A stretch of DNA of 64,000 nucleotides from Eledone cirrhosa (lineage: Eukaryota), in the NCBI GenBank assembly GCA_964016885.1, contig OZ024753.1:20274001-20338000 (forward strand), read 5' to 3'. Made by a program: the position numbers and the translations under genes. The first letter of the stretch is position 1, and each line of letters begins with the position of its first letter. The notes beneath the pieces were generated by a model. That model did not search any database. It saw only the letters and a program-made list of their open reading frames with translations, and was not told the DNA's origin. Positions 11,079 through 25,178 of this stretch are shown here, one piece after another.

Positions 11079-11267
11079 GGAAAAGGTATGACCCCGACGG
11101 CGGAGCTGCAGCCGTTTCGACGGCTAATTCTAGACAGAAATAGCCGTCGATACGGCTTGAGCTCTGCCGTCGGAGTCATACTTTTTCCTATTTCCCACTC
11201 TACTACCCTAAGTATTGAGTACTCTGGTGCGTTAAGGTCCATCTGGTTCCTTACCACAATTCCTTTG

Positions 11268-11269
<2 letters not shown>
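11077..11269 (+). mobile_element. Short repeat (family E) with a long 5' fold-back hairpin
   Basis: 11077-11190 is an imperfect inverted repeat with arms of about 50 bp. The tail CTCTACTACCCTAAGTATTGAGTACT...CTTACCACA...CTTTGTT is shared with 22128-22220 (-) and 23280-23368 (+). (TA)n lies on both sides. Confidence 0.75.
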
Positions 11270-11319
<50 letters not shown>

Positions 11320-11323
<4 letters not shown>

Positions 11324-12167
11324 GAGGATGTCTGTCTGTGTGTGTGTGAGTTTGAATCCCTAAAATTCGAGAACCACCCAACGGAGTGTTTTCAAACTTT
11401 ACACATGTAATATGTCTGTTTCAGGGAGTGTTCTGAGCAAAAAGAATTTCAAATTTTCAATGCCCTAGGGACCGCATTAGGCGATTTAGCGATCTCTCTC
11501 TATACTTCTTAGTCTTTCTCTTTTTAGATAGATACATACATATAACGTCGCGCCCTTCTAATATCTATATGTCTGGCTGTCTGCATTACCTCACTTCCCT
11601 GAGGATGTCTGTCTGTGTGTGTGTGTGTGTTTGTGAATTTGAATCCCTAAAACTCGAGAAGTACGCAACCAATGTTTTTCAAACTACATGTGTATTACTT
11701 TGATCTCCTAGGGTCCGCATTAGGTGAAAAACTGAGTTTTTATGCTTTTGGGGGGTTTATTAAGGCGTTACGTCAGACCGATTTCCTTGAAATTGTAACT
11801 ATCTGTTAGTCAGTCTCTTCTTCATAACGTGAGCAAAGAAAATCCAACTTGTTTATGGCCTAGGGCCCGCATTAGGTAAAAAACTTCTTTTTTGGAGGTG
11901 TTACGTCTAGCAGATTTTCCCGAAATTTAAAGGCATATTATGCACATAAAAAAAAACATTTTCTTGATCCCCTAGGGCCCGCATTAGGTGAAAACCTGCA
12001 TTTTCCCTGCTTCATCGAGGAAAATCTTAAAGATTATGCAGACATCAGAGTATTCGGTTTATTTTCTTTACATATTGTCCAGGCATGCAGTTTTTCCACT
12101 ATTAGATCTGTTGGCGGCCCGCGTTCCAAAATACCTTATACCGTGCAACGCCGGGTACCACTGCTAG
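11320..12167 (+). mobile_element. Non-autonomous Helitron
   Basis: The 5' end has a GTCT/GT microsatellite module (duplicated at about 11599). There are four internal CCTAGGGNCCGCATTAGG repeats. The 3' GC hairpin CCGTGCAACGCCGGG is followed by CTAG (12164-12167) and T. Confidence 0.75.
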
Positions 12168-12180
12168 TATATATATATAT

Positions 12181-12752
12181 TCCTACTGGATTTTAAGTTG
12201 CCTTAAAAAGCAACTACACAGCCATTTCTATTCTCCATATATTCCATCATGTTTTTCGCTGTGATCATTCTTCTCTCCCCTTCTACCTACCTATTGCATT
12301 ACTTTCTCCTCTCACCCTTCAATTTCTCCCTCTCCCTCCCTCGCCTGACCGTTTAGCAGTTCTCCTCTCACTTACAACTGCGGCGTTTGGACATGTGTCC
12401 CTCTCCTGCCTCTCCACTACTCAGTCTTGAACTTAAGTTCTCGTATTGAGTGGTCTTGGATTTCCTACCAACAGTTGTTCGCATATTGCTCGGTTTGTTT
12501 GTTTTTTTTGTTCGCTATTTTGTTACTGTTTTCTCTTTTCTTTCCCTTTGCTCCTTCTTCCGTTTTCCCAATAACTTACGCAGTTATTGAACGCCCTGGG
12601 CGGTAGATATCTTGTCTTTAAAGCGTAGAAATATCCGAAACCCCCAGTAGACAACTGATAAGGACCCTCCCCGCCGTTCTTGCTTTCTTCGAATTCCCAC
12701 TGTATTTTAAGTTACCTTAAATAGCAACTACACAGCCATTTCTATTCTCCAT
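12181..12752. mobile_element. Unclassified element with about 58-bp terminal direct repeats, between (TA)n tracts
   Basis: CTACTGGATTTTAAGTTGCCTTAAAAAGCAACTACACAGCCATTTCTATTCTCC at 12183-12236 recurs at about 12698-12750. The interior is pyrimidine-rich, like family D. Confidence 0.55.
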
Positions 12753-12766
12753 ATATATATATATAT

Positions 12767-14452
<1,686 letters not shown>

Positions 14453-14454
14453 CA

Positions 14455-14490
14455 TATACTAAGTTTTTGAGTATATAAAAACTTAGTATA
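14455..14490. repeat. 14-bp-stem hairpin at the PLE-C inversion junction
   Basis: TATACTAAGTTTTT-GAGTATAT-AAAAACTTAGTATA. Confidence 0.9.
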
Positions 14491-15815
14491 TAACATATCT
14501 CTTAGACTTTCTAAATTATCTTCCAATGAAGATATATTTTATAATAATGCACCCTTCTACAACGAGGCCTTAACTAGAAGTGGATATAATGAAAACATTT
14601 CATATATCCCCAACACTACTCTGGACCAAAATATAAAACCTAGCAAAAACTACAAACACCAAAAAATACCATTGAAACAAATATCTAATGGGGTTATTCC
14701 TATCACACAAAACAGCCGAAAAACCACAATAGCTATTACTACACGATCTATAACCAATGTTATCAACTCACATATGAATACCAAGCTTTCAAAATCTCAT
14801 AATCTACCCAATAATAACACCAAATACAACCACGGTAGTTTACCAAATTTCACAAATACAGATACTAACCATAGGAATTCTTCTAGAACACAATACATTA
14901 ATATAAGTGGTAATAAAAACTTATCTAAAAACCGCAAAAGAAACATAACATGGTACAACGCACCCTTCAACCTGCAAACTATTGGACAAATCCCCCAAAA
15001 ATTCTTCGAAATTCTACATAAACATTTTCCACCAAATATTTAACAGATACACTATTACATTCTCATACTCTACATCAAACAATCTACAGCAACAAATAAG
15101 CAACTACAACATTTATAAAATTAAAAATAATATGACCACACCACCAGAACATAATTTAAATAGGACTGCACCTTTTAAAAGGACAAATAATACAATCCTT
15201 CAACCTGGAAAACACAACCACCTAAATCACCAACACAAAAACAACATAACACAAAATCACAATACAGCCCTAGCACTAAACCACCCACAAAGCAACCTTC
15301 ATTCTCCCGCTAACATTAATTACAATAAGAATAGCTCAAGGATTAATGAGAACGGTATAGGTACCCCCAACCACCATCTTACGTATGGTTGTAATTGCAG
15401 AAATAAACGCATTTACCCCTTAAATGGCAACTGTTTGATTAATAATGTAATATATAAATGCACTGTGTCTACTACTGATTCAAACAAAACATATATAGGG
15501 TCTACATCGAACACATTTAAGAAAAGATATTACGCACACTGTAGTAGCTTTAACAATACTAAACTAGCTAACACCACATCTTTAGCTGAAGCAGTAAATA
15601 ACTATAAAAAGAAAAAATAGATTTCAAGCTATCGTGGAACACCATTCTACAAAGAATTCCATATCTTGGGAACAGGAGAGAATGCAGGTTATTTTCAGAG
15701 GAGATCTTGGAAATTACTAAATCTAAAGACGATTTATTGAATAAAAGGCAGGAACTGGTTATAGTTTGTAATGACCGTATACGAAAAACATTTAAATACT
15801 ATAAACCTAATTAAA
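14477..15815 (+). pseudogene. PLE-C: 5'-truncated Penelope-like (Naiad-like) RT thumb, linker and GIY-YIG
   Basis: NLVYNISLRLSKLSSNEDIF...FYNEAL..SGY; RKRNITWYNAPFN; CNCRNKRIYPLNGNC; VIYKC...TYIGSTSNTFKKRYYAH. Frameshifts occur near 15040 and 15618. Confidence 0.92.
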
Positions 15816-16022
15816 TATTCTAAATAGCAACTCATTATAATTCTATGTAGCGTAACATTTGTTAGTATCCCTTTCCCCTAATTATACGCATTCATGCTTA
15901 TTTCTTACTTTCTTTTTAATTTTTTAGCTTTCTTAGATTTATGTGTTAATGACTAAGGGCAACAAGGGACACAATCACCCATAATTGCATGAGTAAATAT
16001 GTATCTATGTATGTATGATATG

Positions 16023-16063
<41 letters not shown>

Positions 16064-16483
16064 TATATATGTGTATGTGTGTATGTGTATATGCGTGTGT
16101 ATGAGTATTTATGTGTGTGTGTACAAGTATGTGTGTGTACATACATATATATATGCGTATAGGTGTGTATATGTAAATATATATATATATAAATATATAT
16201 GTATATGATTGTGTGCACATATATAGATGTATGTATATGTTTACATCTATTTATGCATATGTATGTTTTTAATTGAGTATCAATATAACTATACCTCTAT
16301 CTATAATGTGGGTATATGCACTTTGTGATCTATGGAATTTATGCGTTTTGACTATATGTTAACATGCATTTATCTGAGTTTGATTATTTATACATGGACA
16401 TTCTTGAAAGTATTTTAAGACGTATCATACGCTGTATTATACTATGTACAATTTACCACACCGTACTATATTGTGTTATATTA

Positions 16484-16655
16484 GTGGATTGGCACTATCG
16501 GTAGAGGGTCGGACACCATGCTTTGAAGCATAGAGTTACGTCCCTTTATGATCTGAGTTCAAATCCCGCCGAGGTTAACTTACGGGGTCGATAAAATAAA
16601 GTACCAGTAATGCACTGGGTAATTGCTGGCCTTGTGCCAAAAATAGAAACAATTA
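16484..16655 (+). mobile_element. tRNA-derived SINE inserted in the right PLE-C arm
   Basis: It has an A-box-like TGGCACTATCGG, B box GAGTTCAAATCCC, body CGGGGTCGATAAAATAAAGTACCAG and tail GCTGGCCTTGTGCC...GAAACAATTA. It is absent from the left arm. Confidence 0.88.
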
Positions 16656-17038
16656 TATTATATTATTGTATTACTGTATTTCATTATCTTATTATAATTT
16701 CCATCCTTTAATATAATATCTTTCCTGGTCATGACCTTAATTTATATTCACCTAAAATCTCCATACAACACAACTCAACATTTAATGTTTACATTCCTTT
16801 TAAACTTCACTATACCATATACATTCAACTATCAATTTGACAATCCCCTTTTTCCCTATTGTTAACACCATTCAACCATTCCTTTCAGAGGGTCATGACC
16901 TCAACTAAAGTGAATTATTTTTCATCTTAACATCATATGGGAAAAAACAATCTGATTGGTTTGTTCCTCAGCAACCTCCAAATAAGGTCATAGAACTCAA
17001 TTTACTACTAATTTACTACTAATTTTGAATAACATTCT

Positions 17039-17180
17039 CATTGCTTTTGACAAAAGCTGGTGATATGCATGTAAGTAAATATTTTCCTTATCTGATATTT
17101 TGTAACTAACCTTACATATATCGATAACGAAGTAGAGTTACGATGTATTATCATCACCTAGAAACGATCGTAAAGCAGTG
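17039..17180 (+). ncRNA. Hammerhead ribozyme, U3-A8 core variant with large branched stem II
   Basis: CATTGCTT-TTGACAA-...GGTGAT...ATCACC..-GAAA-CGATCG-TA-AAGCAGTG: 8-bp stem I (one G-U), palindromic stem III ACGATCGT and a GUA triplet. The base of stem II is imperfect. Confidence 0.62.
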
Positions 17181-17356
17181 AAGTATATTTCTAATGACTT
17201 GATTTTTTATTTACATTGTTTTTACCTTATATGATGACTGTTTTCCTTTTAATGTTTTATTGTTTTCTGGGATTTATTTTAACCTACAACATTTTCAGCA
17301 TATGGATTACAATGAGTTCTTCATGCAGACAGGACCCCACAACTTACCGTGGATAT

Positions 17357-17427
<71 letters not shown>

Positions 17428-18457
17428 AAGTGCAATGTGCAGTTACAGTAGGTTCAACTGAGTAAGAACTTGATGCGTAGTTTCCAGTCTCTAAAGAGGT
17501 GTACAACTAAGTAAAGTGTAAATACAATAATAAAAGGAGGATTTGGTATGTCTTCATTACGTTTATTGAGTAGTCACCCGCTTTTCGCTATTGATCACCT
17601 CAACGTTCGATCTGTATCGATCTAGCCTGACTCTGGAATAATTATGTTTAGTTCAATAGAAGTTAGAAGGTATAGAATCACTGGTTTTCACAAAGATTCT
17701 ATAAAGAATTAAAGAAGGGCAGCAACATGTGCTATTGAAATAAGGTTAATCAGCAAGATGTGGTTGGCCTCTGATAAACCATTTAGGTAATGCGTTATAA
17801 TACCTTGTAATATGTTGTCACACGTAGGATATGTAACATGTAATATGTTCCTTTATTGACAGGCAACAACACGGGTCATGTGTGTAAAACACACAAGAGA
17901 AAAAAAGCCGGCTATTGTTATTTACATTTTAGTGGTGGTGAAATAATGTTTATCAACTTAAATTGCCATTTTTCAAAATATGGCAACTTCATTAAAGTAG
18001 AAAATAATCCATTGAATATTCCATAATAGACACCTTTGAAAGAGTCGTCTGTTCCGATGTTTTGTTCAAAATTGAAAATGAGTTACAGAATTTTATACGT
18101 CTCAGAAAGGCAAAGATTACAACTCCTGGCAAAATTACTGTTGAGATACACATTTTCTATAGAGAACCGATCGATATTGTTTTGTTTATATTACCATAAT
18201 TTAAATTCTAGAGATACCTGTATGTATTGTAAGACGAGAAGACGTCTTTTATATATCTAAAAGTTTACGCTTGTTGTAGTTTGCATTTGTAGGAGTTTGG
18301 GTAAACCCTTTAAAACGTTTTGTTCTCGTTTATCTTCAAAGAATTGCATAACCCGACCAACTGATGTTTTAAAAGACACATGGCATTGTACGGCAGATAT
18401 GAGGGTTGTTGCTATTGGATAAAGGTGGATCTTGCAGTTCGAACTAGAAATGTTACT

Positions 18458-20800
18458 TCTCATTACCATAGCCTTTGATACACACACACACCACGTATTT
18501 ATGCACATGTGTTTGAGCGCGCATATATATATATATGTGTGTGTGTGTCTTAACCTCTGTGTTAAGTTATTTCCCAATTCATCAGATTCCCTCCTGTGAA
18601 GGACGATAGTTTACGTCTTTTCTAAAGTATCTATCAACATCTGTTGACAATTCACATCTGTCAACATGTGTTTAGAATTTAATTACATTTTGAGAGAGAA
18701 AAACAATGTTACCAAATAACAACTGATACAAATATATAATAGGAAACATATATACAACAACAACATCAACAACAACAATATTAACAACAACCACCAAAAA
18801 TAACAACAACAATAAAACAACTAAACACAACAACCAGGCATAACAACAATCAAACACAACAACTATATTAAAGGTAACACCAAATTCCTAGAATTATTCC
18901 TGTCTTATTGTCATATTGTTTTTTTGTCATATTGTTTTTTTGTCTCATTGTCTTATTGTCATATTGTCTTATTGTCATATTATTTTTTTGTCTTATTGTC
19001 ATATTGTCTTATTGTCTTATTGTCATATTGTCATATTGCCATATTGCCATATTGTCTTATTGTCATATTGTCTTGTCTTCTTGTCTTATTGTTTTGTTTT
19101 ATTCCTATTTTCTGTTATATTTCAAGACAGGAATTCTATTTATTTGATCCCAAAACCTTCCAATTTTTCATATTCTCCACAATTCTATTATTTCAAGCTT
19201 ATATTTTATTTCTGTTATTTCTCGTATTATTTTATAATTTATTATTTCTGTTATTTCTCGTATTATTTTATAATTTATTATTTCTATGTTATTTCTCGTA
19301 TTATTTTATAATTAGTTATATCTGTTATTTCTCGTATTATTTTATATTTTATTATTTCTATGTTATTTCTCGTATTATTTTATAATTTATTATTTCTATG
19401 TTATTTCTCGTATTATTTTATAATTTATTATTTCTATGTTATTTCTTGTATTATTATATAATTTATTATTTTTATGTTATTTCTCGTATTATTTTATAAT
19501 TTATTATTTCTATGTTATTTCTTGTATTATTTTATAATTTATTATTTCTATGTTATTTCTCGTATTATTTTATGTTCTCATTATCATAGCCTTTGAAACA
19601 CACACACACACCACGTGTTTATGCACATGTATTTGAGCGTGCATATATATATGTGTGTGTGTGTGTGTCTTAACGTCCATGTTAAGTTATTTCCCAATTC
19701 ATCAGATTCCCTCCTGTAAAGGACGATAAGTTGATGTCTTTTCTAAAGTATCTGTCAACATCTGTTGACAATTCACATCTGTCATCATCTGTTTAGAATT
19801 TAATTACATCTTGAGAGAGAAAAACAATGTTACCAAATAACAACTGATACAAATATATAATTGTTTCTACATTAGGCACAAGGCCAGCAATTACCCAGTG
19901 TATTACTGATACTAATATATAATACGAAACATATACACTACAACAACATCAACAATAACAATATTAACAACAACAACAACAATATTAACAACAACAACCA
20001 GACACACCAACAACCAAAAATAACAACAACAATAAAACAACTAAACACAACAACCAGGCATAACAACAATCAAACACAACAACTATATTAAAGGTAAAAC
20101 CAAATTCCTAGAATTATTCCTGTCTTATTGTAATATTGTTTTTTTGTCATATTGTCATATTGTCATATTGTCATATTGTCTTATTGTCTTATTGTCATAG
20201 TCATATTGCCATATTGTCTTATTGTCTTATTGTCATATTGTCATATTGTCTTATTGTCTTATTGTCATAGTCATATTGTTTTTTTTGTCTTATTGTCATA
20301 ATGTCATAATGTCATATTATCTTATTGTCTTATTGTCTTCTTGTATTATTGTCTTATTGTTTTGTTCCTATTTTCTGTTATATTTCAAGACAGTAATTCT
20401 ATTTATTTGATCCCAAAACCTTCCAATTTTTCATATTCTCCACAATTCTATTATCTCATATTCTCCACAATTCTATTATTTCATATTCTTCACAATTCTA
20501 TTATTTCATATTCTCCACAATTCTATTATTTCAAGCTTATATTTTATTTCTATGTTATGTCTCTTATTATTTTATAATTTATTATTTCTGTTATTTCTCG
20601 TATTATTTTATAATTTTTTTTTTCTATGTTATTTCTCGTATTATTTTATAATTTATTATTTCCAGGTTATTTCTCGTATTATTTTATAATTTATTATTTC
20701 TATGTTATTTCTTGTATTATTTTATATTTTATTATTTCTATGATATTTCTTGTATTATTTTATATTTTATTATTTCTATGTTATTTCTTGTATTATTTTC
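18458..20800. repeat. Tandem duplication of about 1.1 kb with (CAA)n, 7-bp TATTGTC-type and 38-bp AT-rich minisatellites
   Basis: TCTCATTAYCATAGCCTTTGA begins at about 18458 and 19576. The 38-bp unit is TATTTTATAATTTATTATTTCTATGTTATTTCTCGTAT. Confidence 0.9.
19862..19913 (-). mobile_element. 5'-truncated SINE 3' end with 10-bp TSD
   Basis: The reverse strand reads ...CAGTAATACACTGGGTAATTGCTGGCCTTGTGCCTAATGTAGAAACA. It is flanked by AATATATAAT (19852-19861 and 19914-19923). The paralogous unit has the empty site at about 18731. Confidence 0.85.
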
Positions 20801-21277
20801 CCTTTCTTTATGTCTATCTTGTGAAAGAATATTCGTGATAAAGCTTATTAGTTATATATAAAGCATGACAATTGAGAAATGGTTTTAAAATATGAATTCT
20901 TCAACTTTTTTCTCTTTCTTTTCAATTATATTCTCAGCGTGAGTTTTCTGCTGTGTCTTCCTCTGTTAAACAATAATATAATATACTAGTCTCTGATTTA
21001 CCTATCATTGACATTGGAATAAAGTGGTAAGTGAAAATAGTTACTTCTTTAAGCAGTGAAGAGATAAGTCTTTGATGTCCCATTAGTAGGCAGCATTCGA
21101 CTCTGTACTAATACTTAATTAATATCTCGCTTGGTGTGTATATATATACATATGTATATATATATATAGATAGATAGAGAAAGAGATAGAGAGAGCCGCA
21201 GGAAGTAAACGGATAAACTAAGTGAACGACACAGTACAATTAAGATATATATATATATATATTATATATATATATAT

Positions 21278-21466
21278 AAAATAACAGGAGGCATGTTCTG
21301 GTGTATATCCTTGAAAGGTTTATTTTATATTTTATTTTATATTCCTTCATTATATTTTGAATTACCTGATGATGTCACCGGATTCATACTGAACCCGGTC
21401 ATTGATATGATGATAGTAAAATAAACCTTTCAAGGATTTACACCAGAATATGCCTCCTGTTATTTT
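21278..21466 (+). mobile_element. About 190-bp family-D mini-element: inverted tail, decayed HHR, tail
   Basis: 21278-21327 is a near reverse complement of 21417-21466. It contains TTAC-CTGATGA-TG..ACCGG/CCGGT-CA..GATA..TA-GTAA, homologous to 4878-4980. Confidence 0.8.
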
Positions 21467-21853
21467 GTAATAATTAATTCCGTACTCGCACCACCAACTA
21501 CACAAACGAAGACGGGTGGTTGGATTACGTTGAGTGATTTCCATAACATTACATCGTGGCTGACCACACAGAATAACCAGTTCTATCCAGTGGAGAACCA
21601 ACAAACCCAAATATATATATATATATATATGATGCTTTGGATAGGGACAAATAGTAGTCGTTAGACATGCTCAACCAACCGTGACGCCTAAACCTATCAG
21701 CTTTAGTAATCCAGTGAAACTACACACCGATTGGTCGAAATACAGTTTGCAAGATTTAGCATTCTGGAGCCACTTTTCACTGTATATAAGGCACAAAATT
21801 TACCCATCTCATTACAGTTGAAAAATTGTAAACTTGACTGTCACCACAGATTA

Positions 21854-21892
21854 TGAACCTGAAGATTGCGAAAGCATGAAAGTACTTGTTCA
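21854..21892 (+). ncRNA. Minimal type I hammerhead ribozyme with palindromic loop III
   Basis: TGAAC-CTGAAGA-TTGC(GAAA)GCAT-GAAA-GTAC-TT-GTTCA: 5-bp stem I, GNRA-capped stem II and the palindrome AAGTACTT. It lies in a segment of about 420 bp (21630-22050) between microsatellites. Confidence 0.88.
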
Positions 21893-22050
21893 ATTAACAC
21901 TTAACATTTAATATTCTACCATACTATTTCATTCTAATACCATTATACATTTTAAAGGATTATAAATAAAACGAGTAAATCAGACAAAGTTGGAATTCCT
22001 TTTATTAATATAATCTTCTATACACAATAATACACACCCGTGTATACTTA

Positions 22051-22133
<83 letters not shown>

Positions 22134-23221
22134 AAGAGGGTGTGGTAAGATGCCAGGTGGACGATAACGCACCATAGTACTCAATACTTAGGGTAGTAGA
22201 GTAGGGAATAGGAAAAGAGAGAAGACCCTGACCATGGGCTCGAGACTTTATACAATTCAAATACTAACAGCGTTTTGTGAACAGCCTCCCCCCCCCCCCC
22301 CCCACCATTCTGTAAATTCAATTAAATATATTTTCGGTTTACACTTGCTTTCTATTTTTTTTTGCCAGACGAGATCACAAAGGATACGGAAAATAAAAGC
22401 AGTCTGTAGTAAAAAAAAAAAAAAAAAAAAGTGAATATATATATTTAAATTGAAAATGTTTAAATAATAACAAGACTGCTCAACCCGAGTTATTTTAATT
22501 ATCCGTTACAGACAATAACATGTTTGGCTGTTTTAATTCCTTTCCATTGAATAAATATTCTTCGTTAATTTGTGAATGTCTAATTTCAGTGTCTTCTACA
22601 AACAAGCAACATTCGAATTATTAGAAATATCTAACCAATGTCTCGCCTGGTAACTTCATTATTTGAACAGTTGTCAAGTCATTTAAGAACCATTACACAC
22701 GGCATTCTTCTGTTTCTCAGCTAAATGGTAATATAGTTTGGTTTGTAATTCAGCGAAAATGGAAGTATTGGCTGAATATATTTACTTCCTTAACCAGTAA
22801 AACGAATAATTAATATATGTCCCATGATAAACAACAATTGATATTTTACAAATGTAAAACTAACGCCTCGGTATATAAATAGTAACCTAATGATTTGTAA
22901 TCAACCAAAATAGATTCGAGACAAATGCTATAGAGAAAAGCCAGACCCAATACTATTGGTTTCTAAATCATAAGACAATATATAAGGGGTAACAGATGGT
23001 AGTTATTTCATAAATTCCTGATAAATGTAAAATTATGTAATTAAACTAAGTATTTTCTCAGAAAGTCTACTGATTATGTCTGTGCTGTCAGCGGAAGTCA
23101 GTATAACTAAAATTTGATTAACATTTTTTACTGACTCCGGCAAAAAAAGAAAGCAAGTGTAAACCGAAAATATATTTAACTGAATCTACATTTAAATATA
23201 TCTGCAGAAGGAATGGTTCAT

Positions 23222-23482
23222 AAAACACTGTTAGTATTTGAATTGTATAAAGTCTCGAGCCCAGAGTCGAGGTCCTCACTCTTTTCCCATTACCCACTCT
23301 ACTACCCTAAATATTTAGTACTCTGGTGCGTTATGGTCAACCGGGTATCTTACCACACCCTCTTTGTTATATATATATATATCTTAATTGTACTGTATCG
23401 TTCGCTTAGGTATTTCCGTTTACTTCCTGCGGCTCTCACAAAACACTGTTAGTATTTGAATTGTATAAAGTCACGATCCCAG
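23222..23482 (+). repeat. Family E repeat, plus copy, partial tandem with internal (TA)n
   Basis: AAAACACTGTTAGTATTTGAATTGTATAAAGTC occurs at about 23222 and again at about 23440. Confidence 0.8.
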
Positions 23483-23625
23483 GGATTCATCATACCGTGG
23501 CGTGAAGCCACTGAAAGTTCAAAACTCCTTCCTGGACAAGACGCCGGTCAATCGCTGGGTTAAACTCCAATTATTGATGGTAATCCTTTTCAGCCGAGTA
23601 TACTGGAGCATCATGAAATGAAGTG

Positions 23626-23987
23626 GTTTGCAGTAGTTACGGCTTTAGTTTCTGAATTCAAATCCTGCCGAGATCAACTTTCGGGGTCGATCGAAAAAAG
23701 ATTTCCACTCAAGAACTGGGGCCCTTTTAATCGACTTTTCTTTCCTCAGGAATTGCTGGGCTTGTCCCTAAAGCAGAAACCATTATTACAATTACAATTG
23801 GCAGTATCTGTAGAGATTCAGACGTTATGCTTTGCAGCATTGAATTGCAGCCCTTTATGATCTGAGTTCAAATCCAACTGAGGTTAACATTGCCTTTCGT
23901 CCTTACGGGGTCAATAAAATAAAGTACCAGTAATACACTGGGTAATTACTGGCCTTGTCCCTAAAGTAGGAACCATTATTACAATTA
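23626..23987 (+). mobile_element. Tandem pair of tRNA-derived SINEs
   Basis: There are two B boxes (GAATTCAAATCC at about 23654, GAGTTCAAATCC at about 23864), two CGGGGTC bodies and two CTTGTCCCTAAAG...AACCATTATTACAATTA tails. Confidence 0.85.
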
Positions 23988-24719
23988 TGGAAGATAATGA
24001 GAGGTAGAATCGGCAGAGAGTTAAATAATGGAAGTCTAATGTTAGACGAGGGAAACGGAAAAATGTCAGAGGAAAGAAATATATCTTCAAATTTTTTACC
24101 AATATTGACCCCTTCACCAATGTTGACACACACCAATATTGACCTCTCACCAATATTGACCTCTCACCGCTGATTCCACTAACAGAACTGATAACTGAAT
24201 CATTATGCCAAAAGTCAGAGATATTACATAGTTTGAAACTTACAAAACATCCCCCTTACTTTTCCTTCTTCCTCAATGAATAATATATGTAATTCTGAAG
24301 GGCAGGGGTCAATTGTTCCTTTTCCCACAAAAATATATCTATATACCACATGTGACCTTATTGGAAATTGAGAGCCATTCCTTTTATATATTGCTATAAA
24401 GATTAGAAATAAGTTCTTTTAACATAGAGCAGTGTGTTTACACGCCCAACAAACGTGTTTACAGACAAGATTTTAGCTAGTAAATAGCCAGAGGGTAAAC
24501 AGATTGAACTAGACTATATTTATCAAAGAAATATAAAAGAAATTATACTTATCAAAAATATATAAGAAATAAAAGAGCCACGCAAATATACTATTAATTG
24601 CCATGAAGTTTAAATACATGCAGAGATCTCTCAATTATACATACATGTATATATGTGACAGAGCATATGTATAAGTAAAGATATTCATACACACACAACA
24701 AACATACATACACACACAG

Positions 24720-24752
<33 letters not shown>

Positions 24753-24791
24753 CAGAGGTTATATTTAATTTGTTGGGATTCAACAAGCTTA

Positions 24792-24858
<67 letters not shown>

Positions 24859-25110
24859 AATATGTGTGTGCGTATGTTTACATTTACAACACCAACCAGA
24901 TGCGAGAAAAAGCGCAAACCCTCCATTAAAATTCTACTTTTGAAAAGCATAAGAACTGTGAAACCGGTAAAGGGAACAAATAAATATACTTAAAAAGATT
25001 CCAGTTGCATTTTCAATTTCTTTTCCTTATACTTTCATTCGTGTAAGACATCTCGTTTTTTTATTAAAAAAAAAAAAATGTTCTTATATATATACACACA
25101 CATATATATA

Positions 25111-25178
<68 letters not shown>

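Larger units (their letters stand above)
15513..17361 (+). mobile_element. PLE-C 3' pLTR, ending at (TA)n
   Basis: It matches the inverted arm to about 17231, followed by about 130 bp of extra tail and (TA)n. Confidence 0.85.
21191..22286 (-). repeat. Family E repeat, minus copy, split by insertions (21191-21246 and 22128-22286)
   Basis: The two pieces are reverse complements of 23381-23437 and 23222-23368, respectively. Confidence 0.7.

Noticed and set aside
12590-12670. GATAT...ATATC-CGAAAC as a hammerhead in the direct-repeat element
   Set aside because: No CUGANGA-like segment or stem I was found at the right place.
17545-17640. Minus-strand GCTA...TAGC-GAAA followed by AATAAA as a decayed hammerhead
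   Set aside because: The 5' core is not recognisable and stem III is not evident.
18560-18592. Minus-strand CTGATGA-ATTGG-GAAA (also at about 19690) as a hammerhead
   Set aside because: There is no room for stem II and no stem I complementarity.
20930-22730. Candidate host exons (AG...GT at about 20938-21026 and 22590-22649)
   Set aside because: The first has stops in all frames. The second is short with no recognisable homology and cannot be supported without transcripts.
24096-24168. ACCAATATTGACC repeated about four times as a regulatory CCAAT cluster
   Set aside because: There is no associated gene. It is more likely a small tandem or subterminal repeat of a decayed element.
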